From NCBI GenBank assembly GCA_938003615.1, contig CALKXO010000004.1:1-62174 (forward strand): a stretch of 62,174 bases of DNA. The letters run 5' to 3'. The position numbers and the translations under genes are program-made. Positions 48,117 to 59,204 of this stretch are shown here, in pieces; within the stretch, counting starts at the first letter, position 1; each line of letters starts with the position of its first letter. This DNA is from an uncultured Pirellulaceae bacterium (GTDB lineage: Bacteria > Planctomycetota > Planctomycetia > Pirellulales > Pirellulaceae). The notes beneath the pieces were generated by a model. That model worked only from the letters and a program-made list of their open reading frames with translations, had not been told where the DNA came from and made no database searches.

Positions 48117-51100
48117 TCAGTTTCTGATGTTAACGTTCATGCTTTGCACGCCCTGTGTTTCGGCCATGCCAGACGAAGGGTGGTAGATAATCTTGTTGGC
48201 GAGTAGTTGTTGCTTTTCGGCGTTCGCCGTCGGGCGATGCCACAATTTCGCAGGCGAGCGCGCCGTTCCTTCAACAACCACTTGGTCGTTGCCGTCGTTG
48301 TAAGTGATTCGGTCTGAGACAGCATCAAATCCGGGGCTGGCGACGTGAACATTGCCGGTAGCCACCATTTCGTTTTGAGCCGTCACACGACCGGAGGGTT
48401 GCCATTGACTGAGTAAGATATGATCGCACCGCATTTTCATGGCTCCTTCAGGAAGCTGACGCGCGTCGGGATCGACGGTGTCGGTAAAATTGGCGACCGG
48501 GGCAAACGCCGTGCGGATGTTGCCGGTAATGTTCAGCTGTTTGTCCGTCAGGCTGGCGACCAGACGGTCTTCAAAATTGACTTGTAGAAAATTGATGCCG
48601 TCACCGGAACCGGCCTTTCGTTTGCCGGCAAGTGAACCGAGCCCGCCCCAAGAAGCGGTGGCTCCATTATTTGACGAACCTCTTGTCGAGCTGGATTGGC
48701 GATCGTCTTGCGGTACGGCCATGTGGGCAAAGATTTTGCCAGGCCCGGCGGCAAAGACTTGGTTGGTTTGAGCATTAATGGTGGCTTGCGGTACCGCGAT
48801 CCGTCGTTGCTGTAGCATTTTACCGCGCGCGTCAAAGGTCTCATTTTGAAAAATAATCGGCGCGTCGGGTGAGTTGAAATGTGCGTTATCCGACGGCGAA
48901 GGCGCCGCCCTTTGAAAGACCCGAAGTTGATCGGGGATGTGATTGACGAGGACCATTTCGGCCATGTCCACTTCGCCGACGCTGCGCTCACCGGAAAGCT
49001 GGCGGAAGTCAATTTTCTTGGCCAATGAAATACTCAACGCTTGGCTAAGCGTGCGCGTGATTGATTTTTCGGGGCTGTCTTTTTCACCAAACGAAGTCAT
49101 CATCACGTTCCGCTCAAAATAGATTTTGGCTCCGTCGAAAACCATGCCCCCGGCCCATTGAAGATCAATGTCGCCCGTCGGAGCGAGCGCTTGATCCTGT
49201 TGGAAACTGGATTCCGCAGGCTTGGATTTTCCCTCTTGGCGAACTTTCATTTCGCCGCCGCCTTCGACCCAGAGCTTATTAGATTCTTGGTCAAGGTGAA
49301 TGGCGTCGCCGGCAAGTTGCAATCCTTGGGCGTCGATCATCGCTGGTGAATTCTCTGTTCCGGCAACCAACATGCGATAGATCTCTTTACCCTGAGGGAC
49401 GATGCGCAGTTCATCACCGGAGATGCGGAGGGGTTTCTCTTTTGAATCGCGCGTCGGGTGTTGATGGACGACACAGTTGCCGTTGACTTTTAGGTCCATC
49501 AATTCGGTGGGACCTAGACCTTCGCTGCCTCCGCCGTGCGCACTACTTTGTAAACGCACTCGTACTTCATCGCCCTTAAAACGAATATACTGCTTGAGCG
49601 GATCGTTGGTTGGTTCGGCCGACCCGTCAAAGAGAACAGTTTTGTCGCGTTCAAGCCATGCCGTCTGGGCCACAGACGTTGTCTGTGCCACGGACGCTGG
49701 CTGGTCAAAGCGACTTGGTCGGCTTGCTCGGTCACCTTCGTTTTGGCGCACCTGCAAACTGCGCATTTGCGTTGTTGGGGAAATGTCTATTAGAGAAGTA
49801 CCTCCTGAGCCATCGACCGGCGGTTTCAAGACACGTCGCCGACTGCGCAAGCGGCGGTTCAAAGAAAGAGCTTGGTGTGCCTTCAATGCTTTTAGATTGG
49901 GCTGCGGCCATGTGACCAAAAGTTTTCCTGCTGTGCCGTCAACATTGGGTGACTTGATCGCGACCGGTGAATCGGCAAAGACCTCTGACGGTAGGTAGCG
50001 GAATGTTGACTTGCCATTGGACGCGCGCTGTCCCGAGAGATCGACCTCTGCGATTTCATGGACGGCGATGTTCAATTTATCAGAAGTCACGTGGGTAGTT
50101 TCTTGGACCAATACCTCGGCTTGCCCGTCGACGACGATCATTTTTTCTGTTGTCTTCCGAGCGACCAATGGGTCTGACTCAGGGAAGACGCGCTTGCGGA
50201 CGGTCAGATTCCGCTGCCAACGCAAGAAGATATTTTCTTTGACATCGGATGATTTCCGAAAGAACTCGCCTGGTCCGACGGCATCCAAGTTACCCAACGC
50301 GCCGTCGGGCGTGATGTCGTAGGCAAGTGATCTAGCACGAATATTCAGCTCTGGGCTGATAATTGAGACTTGTTCAACGCTACGACACTCGATGTGGCTG
50401 TCAGCCGCACGATACTCGAGTTCGTCCCCAGTGATTTTCATCTGGCGGGAGTTGGCAATCATGACTACGGGTTGGATTTTATCGGGCTTACCCACCGCAA
50501 CTAGACGTTCGATCGCTCCTGCGGCGGGAGGAAGGGCTTCGGCGGTTGCTGCCGAAGGTGCGGTTTCTGCTTTAACATCTTTGTTGTCTGAGAATTCGAC
50601 CATCAACTGGTGGCAGTTCAGATTGTCACCAAACGCATCCTGTTGCTTAATGAAGACTTTGTCACTGAAGGTCGCAGTACGCGAAGCATAGTCGAAGCGA
50701 AATGGGCCAGCACAGTTGATTTCAATAGGTACGTTGGCCGCCGATAGGAGAGGGGCCGGTGATTGTTGGGACGGCGTCTGCAGAGGTGTCGTCGAAGGTT
50801 TCTTGAGGACGGAGGGTTCAATTCTCAAGCTCTTAAGCGCAGCCAGTTTTATCGTCGCCACGCCATTGATGGAAGAGAAGTCTCGATTGCTGGGGCTGGC
50901 ATTGGTGTCGTGTTCCAGTTCGATGGTCAACGTTTTTCCACTACCACGATGGGGGCCAAAGGAAAATGCGACCTCGCCAAGGGCAACGATGTTGTTGGCG
51001 CTGACTTGCACATCGCGCGTGACCAGTTTGAGCGCTTCGTCTTTTTGGGGCGTCGGCGATGGACGAAAAATCGTAACTTCTCCATCAAGCGAAGCGGTCT

Positions 51101-51560
51101 GCATACGTGTTTTTGAGCCTCCGGTAAGAAGAATCGGCCCGTCGAATCCAAGCTTTGCCCGCGCACACCGTAGCACCGTTGGCGGAACGCTGGAATCGAG
51201 TCCGCTGGCAAACGCCGTTCCAGATTGATGATCGTTCATGATCATGGTGAACGGTTTGAGTGAGTAATTTCCCTCATCGTCTAGACGCTCCATTTCCTGA
51301 AACAGTAGCGTTCCTTGAGAAGTAAACAGCGTTTTGCACTGGCCAAGTTCCCAGCCATCACGCGGCAGCAGACTGAATAGGCGAGATTTATTGTCGCGTT
51401 TTTCAGGAAGATCCACTGGAGGAACGACGGCCGTTCGGCGTACTTGATTCGCAGGCCCTTTGATCAGAGGAACGACCACCCGAGCGTACGCCGAATAAGC
51501 GCCGATCATGAGTGCTAACACCGTCAGGTATTGAGCCAGTGGATGAATCCGTCCAGGCAC
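48117..51560 (-). CDS. Giant single-TM OstA/LptA/LptC-like beta-jellyroll protein
   Basis: N-terminal TM, then repeated OstA-like motifs (IEINCAGPFRFD..ATFSDKV, LNCHQLMVEF, ERLVAVG, MVATGNV, DRITYND); directly after kdsC. Confidence 0.65.
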   Translation of the reverse strand: MPGRIHPLAQYLTVLALMIGAYSAYARVVVPLIKGPANQVRRTAVVPPVDLPEKRDNKSRLFSLLPRDGWELGQCKTLFTSQGTLLFQEMERLDDEGNYSLKPFTMIMNDHQSGTAFASGLDSSVPPTVLRCARAKLGFDGPILLTGGSKTRMQTASLDGEVTIFRPSPTPQKDEALKLVTRDVQVSANNIVALGEVAFSFGPHRGSGKTLTIELEHDTNASPSNRDFSSINGVATIKLAALKSLRIEPSVLKKPSTTPLQTPSQQSPAPLLSAANVPIEINCAGPFRFDYASRTATFSDKVFIKQQDAFGDNLNCHQLMVEFSDNKDVKAETAPSAATAEALPPAAGAIERLVAVGKPDKIQPVVMIANSRQMKITGDELEYRAADSHIECRSVEQVSIISPELNIRARSLAYDITPDGALGNLDAVGPGEFFRKSSDVKENIFLRWQRNLTVRKRVFPESDPLVARKTTEKMIVVDGQAEVLVQETTHVTSDKLNIAVHEIAEVDLSGQRASNGKSTFRYLPSEVFADSPVAIKSPNVDGTAGKLLVTWPQPNLKALKAHQALSLNRRLRSRRRVLKPPVDGSGGTSLIDISPTTQMRSLQVRQNEGDRASRPSRFDQPASVAQTTSVAQTAWLERDKTVLFDGSAEPTNDPLKQYIRFKGDEVRVRLQSSAHGGGSEGLGPTELMDLKVNGNCVVHQHPTRDSKEKPLRISGDELRIVPQGKEIYRMLVAGTENSPAMIDAQGLQLAGDAIHLDQESNKLWVEGGGEMKVRQEGKSKPAESSFQQDQALAPTGDIDLQWAGGMVFDGAKIYFERNVMMTSFGEKDSPEKSITRTLSQALSISLAKKIDFRQLSGERSVGEVDMAEMVLVNHIPDQLRVFQRAAPSPSDNAHFNSPDAPIIFQNETFDARGKMLQQRRIAVPQATINAQTNQVFAAGPGKIFAHMAVPQDDRQSSSTRGSSNNGATASWGGLGSLAGKRKAGSGDGINFLQVNFEDRLVASLTDKQLNITGNIRTAFAPVANFTDTVDPDARQLPEGAMKMRCDHILLSQWQPSGRVTAQNEMVATGNVHVASPGFDAVSDRITYNDGNDQVVVEGTARSPAKLWHRPTANAEKQQLLANKIIYHPSSGMAETQGVQSMNVNIRN

Positions 51561-51612
51561 CTGCGTTTCCTTTGTGTGGATGAAGTGTCTTAAAAACTGT
51601 TGTTGCGAGCCG

Positions 51613-52134
51613 TTAAACGGACCATGATTGCAAAATTTCTGCCCAGCGGTTCTGACTTTTTAAAATGGATTCAATCAGTTCTCGAATCGCTCCCTGTCCC
51701 CCGGCAGCCTTGGTGACCAAATGGACTTTTGAACGGAGGTCGGACGCACCGTCTGCCACGGTCACCGACATGCCAACGGCAGCCAGTAACGGAGCATCGG
51801 TCAAGTCGTCACCAATGTAACACACGTCCTCCAACTCCAATTCGAGATCCTTGACGATCTGTGTTGCGACGGCCAGTTTTTCGTCACTGCCTTGGCGGAT
51901 GAAGTCTACTTTCAGTTCATCCATTCGCACTTTGACGATGTGCGAGCTACGTGCAGTGATGACGCCAAACTTGTATCCTGAGTTTTGCCAAAGCTTAATC
52001 CCCATGCCGTCGCGCACATGGAAAGTCTTGGTCTCGATTCCTTGGTTGTCGTAGGTGATGCCTCCATCAGTCATCACTCCGTCAACATCGGACAGGATCA
52101 GCCGAACTCGTTTCATCCTTTGATCGATCTTCAT
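51613..52134 (-). CDS. kdsC: KDO 8-phosphate phosphatase
   Basis: SDVDGVMTDG, FHVRDGMGI, YIGDDLTD and GGQGAIRE. Confidence 0.93.
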   Translation of the reverse strand: MKIDQRMKRVRLILSDVDGVMTDGGITYDNQGIETKTFHVRDGMGIKLWQNSGYKFGVITARSSHIVKVRMDELKVDFIRQGSDEKLAVATQIVKDLELELEDVCYIGDDLTDAPLLAAVGMSVTVADGASDLRSKVHLVTKAAGGQGAIRELIESILKSQNRWAEILQSWSV

Positions 52135-52681
52135 CTACGGGGCTTGTCCCATTTGGTTCCAGTTTAACAAGTCAATTTGACGGGAGTTTAAAGAAGCGGG
52201 GGAGACGAGGCAATGTTGATCGAGTCGTCGAACAATGCACTCTAAGCTCCGCCGTATCTCAACGCAGACAATTATGCGGTGCTGCTAGCAGAGTCAAACC
52301 CCTATCGAAGGGACATGCTAACACGAAGCTTTGGGTGAGAACGGTTGCAGCAACGCTCCCCACACCTTTTGTTGTTAAACAGGTCGGTTCTCCTGTTAAT
52401 CTGCCTACATTAGAGTTTAGCGCTCAAGATGAAACCAGGCCACCTCACACTACTCTCAAGCCTGCAGTTACGGTTTAGGTTGAAGTGGGCTTCGCTGTGA
52501 TGAAGTAATTTCTGTTGTGTTGCGATATACGCTTTGAAATAGTTCAATAACCTGCCGATGATTCATCCGAAACTCGTGATAGTTTGTCTTAATTGAAATA
52601 CTGGTGGGGTATCCTTGCTGCTTTGGGAGGGACATTGATAGTTGTGATTAACCGTTGGATCCAAAATAAAGTTACAAGCGA

Positions 52682-53752
52682 ATGCGAAACATTTTAAAGA
52701 TTTGCCTACTCATTACTTTTTGCCTGTCAAGCTCGTTGACGTCAAATGCTCAGGAAGAAAATCCGGCATCGTCGCCAGTGAAGGATCTACCGGAATTCAA
52801 GCTAGTGAAAGAGGGGCTTTCAGAATATCTCGACGGCAGTTATCGAGTTAACTACATCTATCGTAGAACAGGGGAGGTTGATGGCGGAATCAAAACGCGT
52901 GTCGTGTTGGACGGTAAGCAAGGGAACCCCTTGTTTACTATGTTCCATGAACCAAACTTCATGTCCGCTAAGATCGTTCAACCGCGACTTCGATCCAAAC
53001 CGACCTTGCAGAAAAGAGTTTTCTTTAATTTTGATACGTCAGCACTTGCTGATTATCCCGAGCTTAATCACCGCAGTTGCAGCGAGTTAGTACTGAAGGA
53101 TCTTGTCCCAATTCGAGCAATAGGATTTAAAAAGACAACCGGCAAGGGCATGTTTGACCTGATCGTTGGTTTTGAAAACGAGGGTCTAAAACTCACAGAT
53201 GGCACGCACTATAGTCCAGTGACTAATGCAGAGTATGACCTGCTTGGGAATTCACTTGACGCGTTTCTCAGAGAGAAACATCAAGTCAGCATCATTCCGC
53301 AGTCCGAAGGAGATGTGATCGGAACCCAAAAGCATCATCGCGGCGGTATGCTACGTTTTGAAGAGACGACGGTGAGTCATGCAACGCGTGGTTTGCACAA
53401 ACACTACGCATTCTACCTGTCGAACGATTCAGAGTCCCCGGTGGTCACTTGTTCTATCCAGAAGGACGGGGGTGTGACCTATTTGAAAAAGAAGCTCGAT
53501 CAATTTCTCATCTTTAGAGATATCGATTTAGATGGGCATTATGAGTGGATGTTACTTGGGGAAGGTGAGGCAGACTTTGACTTAATTAACATGTCTGATC
53601 CATGGCACATGAAGTTGGCGACCAACGACCAGCGGAATGCCTACCTTCGTTACCTCAAATCGGCAGGTGGGCAAACGAAGGAGCTTAGCCAAAAACTCCA
53701 AGAGGCTAAAAGAAAAAAAGGGAGTGAAGCGGGGGAGGCGAACAGAAAATAG
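52682..53752 (+). CDS. Secreted hypothetical protein (AT-richer than its neighbours)
   Basis: Signal peptide ending SNA-QEE; no motif recognised. Confidence 0.75.
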   Translation: MRNILKICLLITFCLSSSLTSNAQEENPASSPVKDLPEFKLVKEGLSEYLDGSYRVNYIYRRTGEVDGGIKTRVVLDGKQGNPLFTMFHEPNFMSAKIVQPRLRSKPTLQKRVFFNFDTSALADYPELNHRSCSELVLKDLVPIRAIGFKKTTGKGMFDLIVGFENEGLKLTDGTHYSPVTNAEYDLLGNSLDAFLREKHQVSIIPQSEGDVIGTQKHHRGGMLRFEETTVSHATRGLHKHYAFYLSNDSESPVVTCSIQKDGGVTYLKKKLDQFLIFRDIDLDGHYEWMLLGEGEADFDLINMSDPWHMKLATNDQRNAYLRYLKSAGGQTKELSQKLQEAKRKKGSEAGEANRK

Positions 53753-53775
53753 GTCAAGCTCGTTGCAACCGCCGG

Positions 53776-54132
53776 TCAGTCTTTTTCGTGGATGACTTCA
53801 TCCAGAAGTTCGTCGAACTGGATCGTGTTGAAATCCATTGTGGCAGATGCTCGAGCGCAAAGTCCTTTCTCCATTTCAGCCATTTCACCGTCGGCGGCCA
53901 TTAGACGGATCATTTCCTTGATCAGCAGAACCCGTTCGTCGTAATCTTTGGGAACCTCCAACTGGATCTCGCCGGTGCTGAGGCCAACTAACGCAGTTTC
54001 AAATTCGTCACTGGGGATGCCCCACTTGTTGGCGCGGTCGATCAAGAAAGCAATCTCCTCTTCGGTGAATTTCTGATCGGCGGCTGCGAGATTTACCAGA
54101 TTGTGAAATAGTTGTGTGCGATCTTCTGCCAT
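53776..54132 (-). CDS. TerB-like protein
   Basis: Duplicated AAD..F/M...E motifs (LAAADQKFTEEE, LMAADGEMAEME). Confidence 0.8.
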   Translation of the reverse strand: MAEDRTQLFHNLVNLAAADQKFTEEEIAFLIDRANKWGIPSDEFETALVGLSTGEIQLEVPKDYDERVLLIKEMIRLMAADGEMAEMEKGLCARASATMDFNTIQFDELLDEVIHEKD

Positions 54133-54189
54133 AAGGCGCTCCGGAGTTTGTTGCTATATTGATCGCGGAAGTTACCGCTATGTATTGAA

Positions 54190-56100
54190 CTATGATCGCC
54201 GGATGAAGTCGGCGGCGTGGCTGCGAATTTCTTTGCCGTTAAGTACGTGGACCATGCGCAGGTTTTGAATCGTTGTGTCGCTGAATTTGCCCAATGGCAA
54301 GTGTACCCACGCTTTTTTGAAAATTTTGGCGATCTGACGCCAAGCTTGCCCCGGCGGTGTTGAACTCAGCAGAGCAATGTGTTTGCATTGGCTGTGAAGG
54401 CATGCGGCGCCCAGTAAGCGCTCTTCCAAAGTAGTCGCGAAATCCAATCGCGGATCTTGCCAGATGTCGACCACGGCTACCGGCGGATAAATGAACAGCG
54501 CACCGCCGTAGTTGGCCAGACAAATCCCCGGTCCGACCGGCTCCCGCGTAAAGTCCGTGGCGTAAAAGGCCAACGTCGATTCGTTGGCGTGTTCGGCAAA
54601 CCATGTTGTTCGCCATGGATACTCGCGCGGGTCGGCAGGAGAATCAAACAGCATCACCGCCGCGTCCATCTTGCCGCGACTCGGTGGTAAGACTTTGACG
54701 TGAATCTCATTGTCATACCAATGACGAACCGTTTCGCGCATGTCGATTCCGTCTTTAACACTGGTCGTGAATTTCTCGGTCTGCACTAGATCAGCGCCCA
54801 TCGCTTCTTTCGCGCGGTCAAAAACCGTACGGCGGAAACTCTCAATCAAATCGTCTTCCGGAGGCCAGCTGCACTGAGAGTACGGATTCCATTTCTGCTG
54901 CCAATCTTCTTGCTGGCGTTTGTCCGGTCGAGGGATCAGTTTCAATTCAGTCCACACCATCGGCGGTCCGGGCAATCGATTCCGGGCAGACAGCATCTCG
55001 TCATCCGGCAGCGCGACATGGTCGATACCCATACGCGCCGTGTTTAGATCTAAATCACGGCAGTAGTCAAACTGTTTGGCCAGTTCCAGCACGTTGATTG
55101 CATACCCGTCCCCAGCGACCTGTTGGGCGGCCGTAACGATCGTCGGAAGTTGCGGCGTAAAACCGTGCTCGATCAATGTCAGATTACGAGTATATTTCAA
55201 ACACTTGGCCAGCAAACTGGGCGTGATCTTGCGGGCTCGACTTTTGTATTGATCGGTGTACCTTTCTCTGGCCGCAATCAATAACTCTTTCACGCCATCG
55301 ATTCCCAGATGCTCGTCATCCGAAAGCTCTTCTCGCGCTCGTTCGTAGAGGTTGGTGATGAAAGGTAGTTCGCCCAGAAGAAAATACAGCGTTTCAGCGG
55401 TTACCTGATACCGTTCGGTTTCTTGGATGGGTTCATGATCGGGGCAAACGAGAGCTTTATCGTTGAAAGCGGCTCGGATCCACGGCCAATCAAGCACACT
55501 GGTAACGAACAGGATCTTCTTATAGTCGACCGACAACTCGCGCAACTGCCACGCCATGTGTTCGATGCGCCCCTTCCATTGCGCTCCTTCGCCCGGTTCG
55601 ATAAATGGCAGCACCGCAGCGGCATATTTTTCGAGGCTCATTTTTTTGAGGGCAAAAGCGTCCGGCATCACTCGTGAGTGAGGCTCAAACCGACTGGTCT
55701 CCATGTCAATGAATCGTCGAGGGATTCGATCGCCCATGGCCGTGCGAATCGCCGCAATCACTCCTTGGCAAGGATCGATAGGAACGTAGCTGATCCCCAG
55801 TTCACGATCCTCATCGGCAGAGTTTAAGTCGGCGTCGTCATCTTCTGAGAATTCGTTCTTGGGCGAGAAATCCGTCGGGGTCAAATACTGCAAATCGCGC
55901 TGGACCACGATGCTGGGGGTGGGTAGTTGTAAAATGGCTTCTTCGGTTGCCGATTGAAACGACGGTGGCAAGGCCACTGCCAAACAGTCGTAGGAGTGCT
56001 TCATCATCAGTCGGCGCACCTCCCACGCAAAATCGCCGCTGCCGTGTACGACTGGCAGCGCCGTCACGTGCGGCCCAATTTCGAGAAGCTTATCAATCAA
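54190..56100 (-). CDS. Conserved hypothetical MoxR-associated protein
   Basis: 636-aa ORF whose TTG start overlaps the moxR stop codon. Confidence 0.85.
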   Translation of the reverse strand: MIDKLLEIGPHVTALPVVHGSGDFAWEVRRLMMKHSYDCLAVALPPSFQSATEEAILQLPTPSIVVQRDLQYLTPTDFSPKNEFSEDDDADLNSADEDRELGISYVPIDPCQGVIAAIRTAMGDRIPRRFIDMETSRFEPHSRVMPDAFALKKMSLEKYAAAVLPFIEPGEGAQWKGRIEHMAWQLRELSVDYKKILFVTSVLDWPWIRAAFNDKALVCPDHEPIQETERYQVTAETLYFLLGELPFITNLYERAREELSDDEHLGIDGVKELLIAARERYTDQYKSRARKITPSLLAKCLKYTRNLTLIEHGFTPQLPTIVTAAQQVAGDGYAINVLELAKQFDYCRDLDLNTARMGIDHVALPDDEMLSARNRLPGPPMVWTELKLIPRPDKRQQEDWQQKWNPYSQCSWPPEDDLIESFRRTVFDRAKEAMGADLVQTEKFTTSVKDGIDMRETVRHWYDNEIHVKVLPPSRGKMDAAVMLFDSPADPREYPWRTTWFAEHANESTLAFYATDFTREPVGPGICLANYGGALFIYPPVAVVDIWQDPRLDFATTLEERLLGAACLHSQCKHIALLSSTPPGQAWRQIAKIFKKAWVHLPLGKFSDTTIQNLRMVHVLNGKEIRSHAADFIRRS

Positions 56101-57092
56101 AACGGTTCCCCTTCATCGTCGAAGTCGTCGTCGTCAGGATCGATCTCGTAGGGACCGATGTCCGGCGAGCCCGGATGCAGTGCGTCGTTGCTGTCAAAAA
56201 AGAAATCTCCAAAACCCAGCGGCAAGCTCTGTCCCCCCAATGACTGATTGCGTTTTTGAGCCAACGTTTGCAGGTCGCCTGCCTCGGGACCCAAGCACTG
56301 AATCAGTGCCTCCTGCCATGCAACGTCTTTGGCCAGCGGGTGATCGGTCTCCTGACTCATTCGTTTGGTCGCAAACCGCAACAGATTGATCCCGTCACGT
56401 GTTGAAAAATCAAGTTTCAGTCCATGAGCTGTTTGCAGAAAATCGACGGTCATCGACAACATTTCGGCCTCGCAAAACGGCAGGTGGTATTCGAGGATCG
56501 CTTTTTCATCTTCGCGCGAGGGGAATTGAATGTTTAGTGTTGGCTGGAGACGGCTGAGGATATAGTCGGGGATTTCAAAAGTTGATTCATCCACGTTCAT
56601 CGTCACGGCGCAGCGAAAATCAGGATGTGCTTCGATGGAAACGCCCGCGACGATCGATTCGATGTAGCGCCGGTGGTCCAACAAAGGCGCGAGGCTGGCC
56701 CATGATTTTTCGTTCATCCGGTTGCCCTCATCCAGCACGCAAACGCCGCCTTGAATCATCGCGGTGACCAGAGGTGAAGCGTGGTAGGCGATTTTCCCAC
56801 TCTCGGCCAGCACCGGCGTGATCAGCAAATCCTCCGGGCGTGTATCGGCGGTGCACTGATAGATGAACAGATCTTGCTTACGCGTCGCTGCCGCCGCCAT
56901 TGCAAGTTGGGTCTTCCCAATGCCTGGCGGGCCAACCAATCGCGGCGTAAGCGGGAGATCGTGTTCGTCAACAACCAACCAACAGGCAAACACCTGTTTT
57001 AGAATCTCTTTTTGGCCGATCCAGTTGCTATTGAGCTTGTGGGGTTCGCTCAAGTGCAGGTTGATGTTTTTTACCTGGAATGTCTCAGACAT
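56097..57092 (-). CDS. MoxR-like AAA+ ATPase
   Basis: Walker A GPPGIGKT, Walker [19 protein letters not shown] and SRL. Confidence 0.9.
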   Translation of the reverse strand: MSETFQVKNINLHLSEPHKLNSNWIGQKEILKQVFACWLVVDEHDLPLTPRLVGPPGIGKTQLAMAAAATRKQDLFIYQCTADTRPEDLLITPVLAESGKIAYHASPLVTAMIQGGVCVLDEGNRMNEKSWASLAPLLDHRRYIESIVAGVSIEAHPDFRCAVTMNVDESTFEIPDYILSRLQPTLNIQFPSREDEKAILEYHLPFCEAEMLSMTVDFLQTAHGLKLDFSTRDGINLLRFATKRMSQETDHPLAKDVAWQEALIQCLGPEAGDLQTLAQKRNQSLGGQSLPLGFGDFFFDSNDALHPGSPDIGPYEIDPDDDDFDDEGEPF

Positions 57093-57531
57093 AAATGAGT
57101 AAGTGCTTTTCTTGGTGGTTGAACGGGAACAACGGCCTGTCACAGTGTACGAAGCTCGGGGCTATTTTATTGGCCCGTGTCGATCATCACCACCTGTCGA
57201 TCTCTGAGGAAAGAGCCAATTTCTCGATGATTTGATTCGCAAAACCAAATCTCACCACGATTTTTTTGAATCGCGCGCTCTTTTCGAATCACCTAAAATA
57301 GGTGGAGAGCCTCGTGTCCCTTGTCGTCGCCCTCACAAAATCACAGCTCTGGGCCGCAACGTTGTATGACAAATTTGGCGGAGAAGTTGTTTACCGCCAG
57401 CACAGTTCGATCGATCCCGCAGCATTAAAGAGAATTATCGTCGATCGAATCAGAAGAACGTTTGGTGATGACAAGTAACCTATCTCTTGCGAGCTCGGCC
57501 TCCAAAAACCCACGCGGTCGCTGCAGTCCGA

Positions 57532-58716
57532 CTACTGTCGCATTTGCATGCCGCTCAAGTGACTCTTCAGATTGTCAATTCCTGCTCTCAATGCCCACGC
57601 GCGGTTCGTGTCGTCCATCGATTGACCCGCCTGAGCCAGTGTACTAGAGATCATGGAGGTGGCGTACGAATCGGCTCCATCAATACCGGAATCCATCAAC
57701 GTTTGCATCGTTGACTGATAGATAGCACAGCAACCGCTGTGATCGCCTGAGTTGAAAGCGGGCACACCTTGGTGGATAGCGGAAGTCAACATTGATACCG
57801 CTTCTGCAGGAGAGAGGCTGCTGCCGGGGATCAATACGGTATCGATCGCGTGCACTACGCCGTTGGATGTCTCAATGTTTTTGCTGATGACGTTTGCATC
57901 GTTGACTGAAATTCCGTTTGCCGAAAATCCGATCTTGACGCTACGACCAAGTAAGGTATGAGCCGAACGCGCCTTGACTGCTTGGTCACCATAGACGCGT
58001 CCCGAAACAACATGGTACTTTAAGATGTTGATTAATTTTTGCTTATTGCTTGGCTCCAGTAGTGACTCAACGGTGCCTGCCGGCAATTTTGCGAAGGCAT
58101 CATCTGTTGGAGCAAACACGGTGAAGGGTCCTTTACCGCTCAGCACGCCACCGAGGTCGGCGGCGCCGACTGCGGCGACCAGCGTATTAAAGATCCCCGC
58201 TTCCGAGGCAGTGACGGGGATTGATTTGTCGGCCGGTATCAGAACTTCATCGATGACATGGATCACACCATTGGTGCACTGAATGTCAGTTGCGGTGAGG
58301 GTAGCGTTGTTGATCTTGGGGAAGTCCCCACGCAAGTTAAGGTCGAGTCGTTGCCCGTTGAGTGTTTCAGCGGAAGGCAATCCATATGCGTCCGCCGCCG
58401 TCACGCGTCCCGGCACGACGTGATAGGTTAAGATGGCTGCGAGTTTGTCTTTGTTCTCCGGCAACAAAAGGCTTTCGACTGTCCCCGGCGGCAATTTTGC
58501 GAACGCATCATCTGTTGGGGCGAACACGGTCAACTCTTGACCGCCGCTGAGAGTCCCGACTAGTCCAGCGGTCTTTGCTGCGGCAACCAGCGTATTGAAA
58601 TTTCCAGCTGCAATTGCCGTTTGGGCGATGCTTTGCTGCTGAGCCACGCTTTGAGAGGCAGAAGTGAGCAACCAAATGAGCGAAACTAAGCAGGCAGTCA
58701 AACGTTGGATCTTCAT
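57532..58716 (-). CDS. Secreted tandem fasciclin (FAS1) domain protein
   Basis: Two copies of TVFAPTDDAFAKLP...LxYHVV...NGVxHxID; signal peptide; extra C-terminal helical domain. Confidence 0.93.
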   Translation of the reverse strand: MKIQRLTACLVSLIWLLTSASQSVAQQQSIAQTAIAAGNFNTLVAAAKTAGLVGTLSGGQELTVFAPTDDAFAKLPPGTVESLLLPENKDKLAAILTYHVVPGRVTAADAYGLPSAETLNGQRLDLNLRGDFPKINNATLTATDIQCTNGVIHVIDEVLIPADKSIPVTASEAGIFNTLVAAVGAADLGGVLSGKGPFTVFAPTDDAFAKLPAGTVESLLEPSNKQKLINILKYHVVSGRVYGDQAVKARSAHTLLGRSVKIGFSANGISVNDANVISKNIETSNGVVHAIDTVLIPGSSLSPAEAVSMLTSAIHQGVPAFNSGDHSGCCAIYQSTMQTLMDSGIDGADSYATSMISSTLAQAGQSMDDTNRAWALRAGIDNLKSHLSGMQMRQ

Positions 58717-59130
58717 CGAATTCTCCGGGTTAAGGTACCTTGTTGTTAACCGAAGGAAGGGAGAAGGCCTTAACTGGGGAATATTCGAGGCAACTGTTGA
58801 GGTCAATCCATGTAGCTGATCTCGCCAGAGATTGGAGATTTTGCCGGTAAAACATTCAAAGTCTAGCGACTTCGGCTACTCTACATTGGTGTCGAAGATC
58901 TAAAGTGAGTGGCATTCGGCGGCAGCCGCCACCGCCTCAAGCTAATAACGCAAGCCCCACCGGAGCGGTTGAGAGCCGTTACGGTGTACTGCTCCGAAAG
59001 AAAAACGGCGTCAATAGCGCAGTATGCAATCGTCTTCAGAGCGGGCGCACTAAATCGCTGGGCCGGTGACTCGAACGATCAAAATAGTGAAAGTTTGAAG
59101 GCGCAGCCTCCGCGCGTGCACCGCGCGTGC

Positions 59131-59160
59131 AAAAGGCCGGGGAATGCTCCCCGGCCTTTT
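59131..59160. terminator. Intrinsic terminator (symmetric)
   Basis: AAAAGGCCGGGGA-ATGC-TCCCCGGCCTTTT. Confidence 0.85.
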
Positions 59161-59204
59161 ACGTTGACCGAATCAAGAATATCTAAGTTTTATCCTTTGC
59201 GAGG

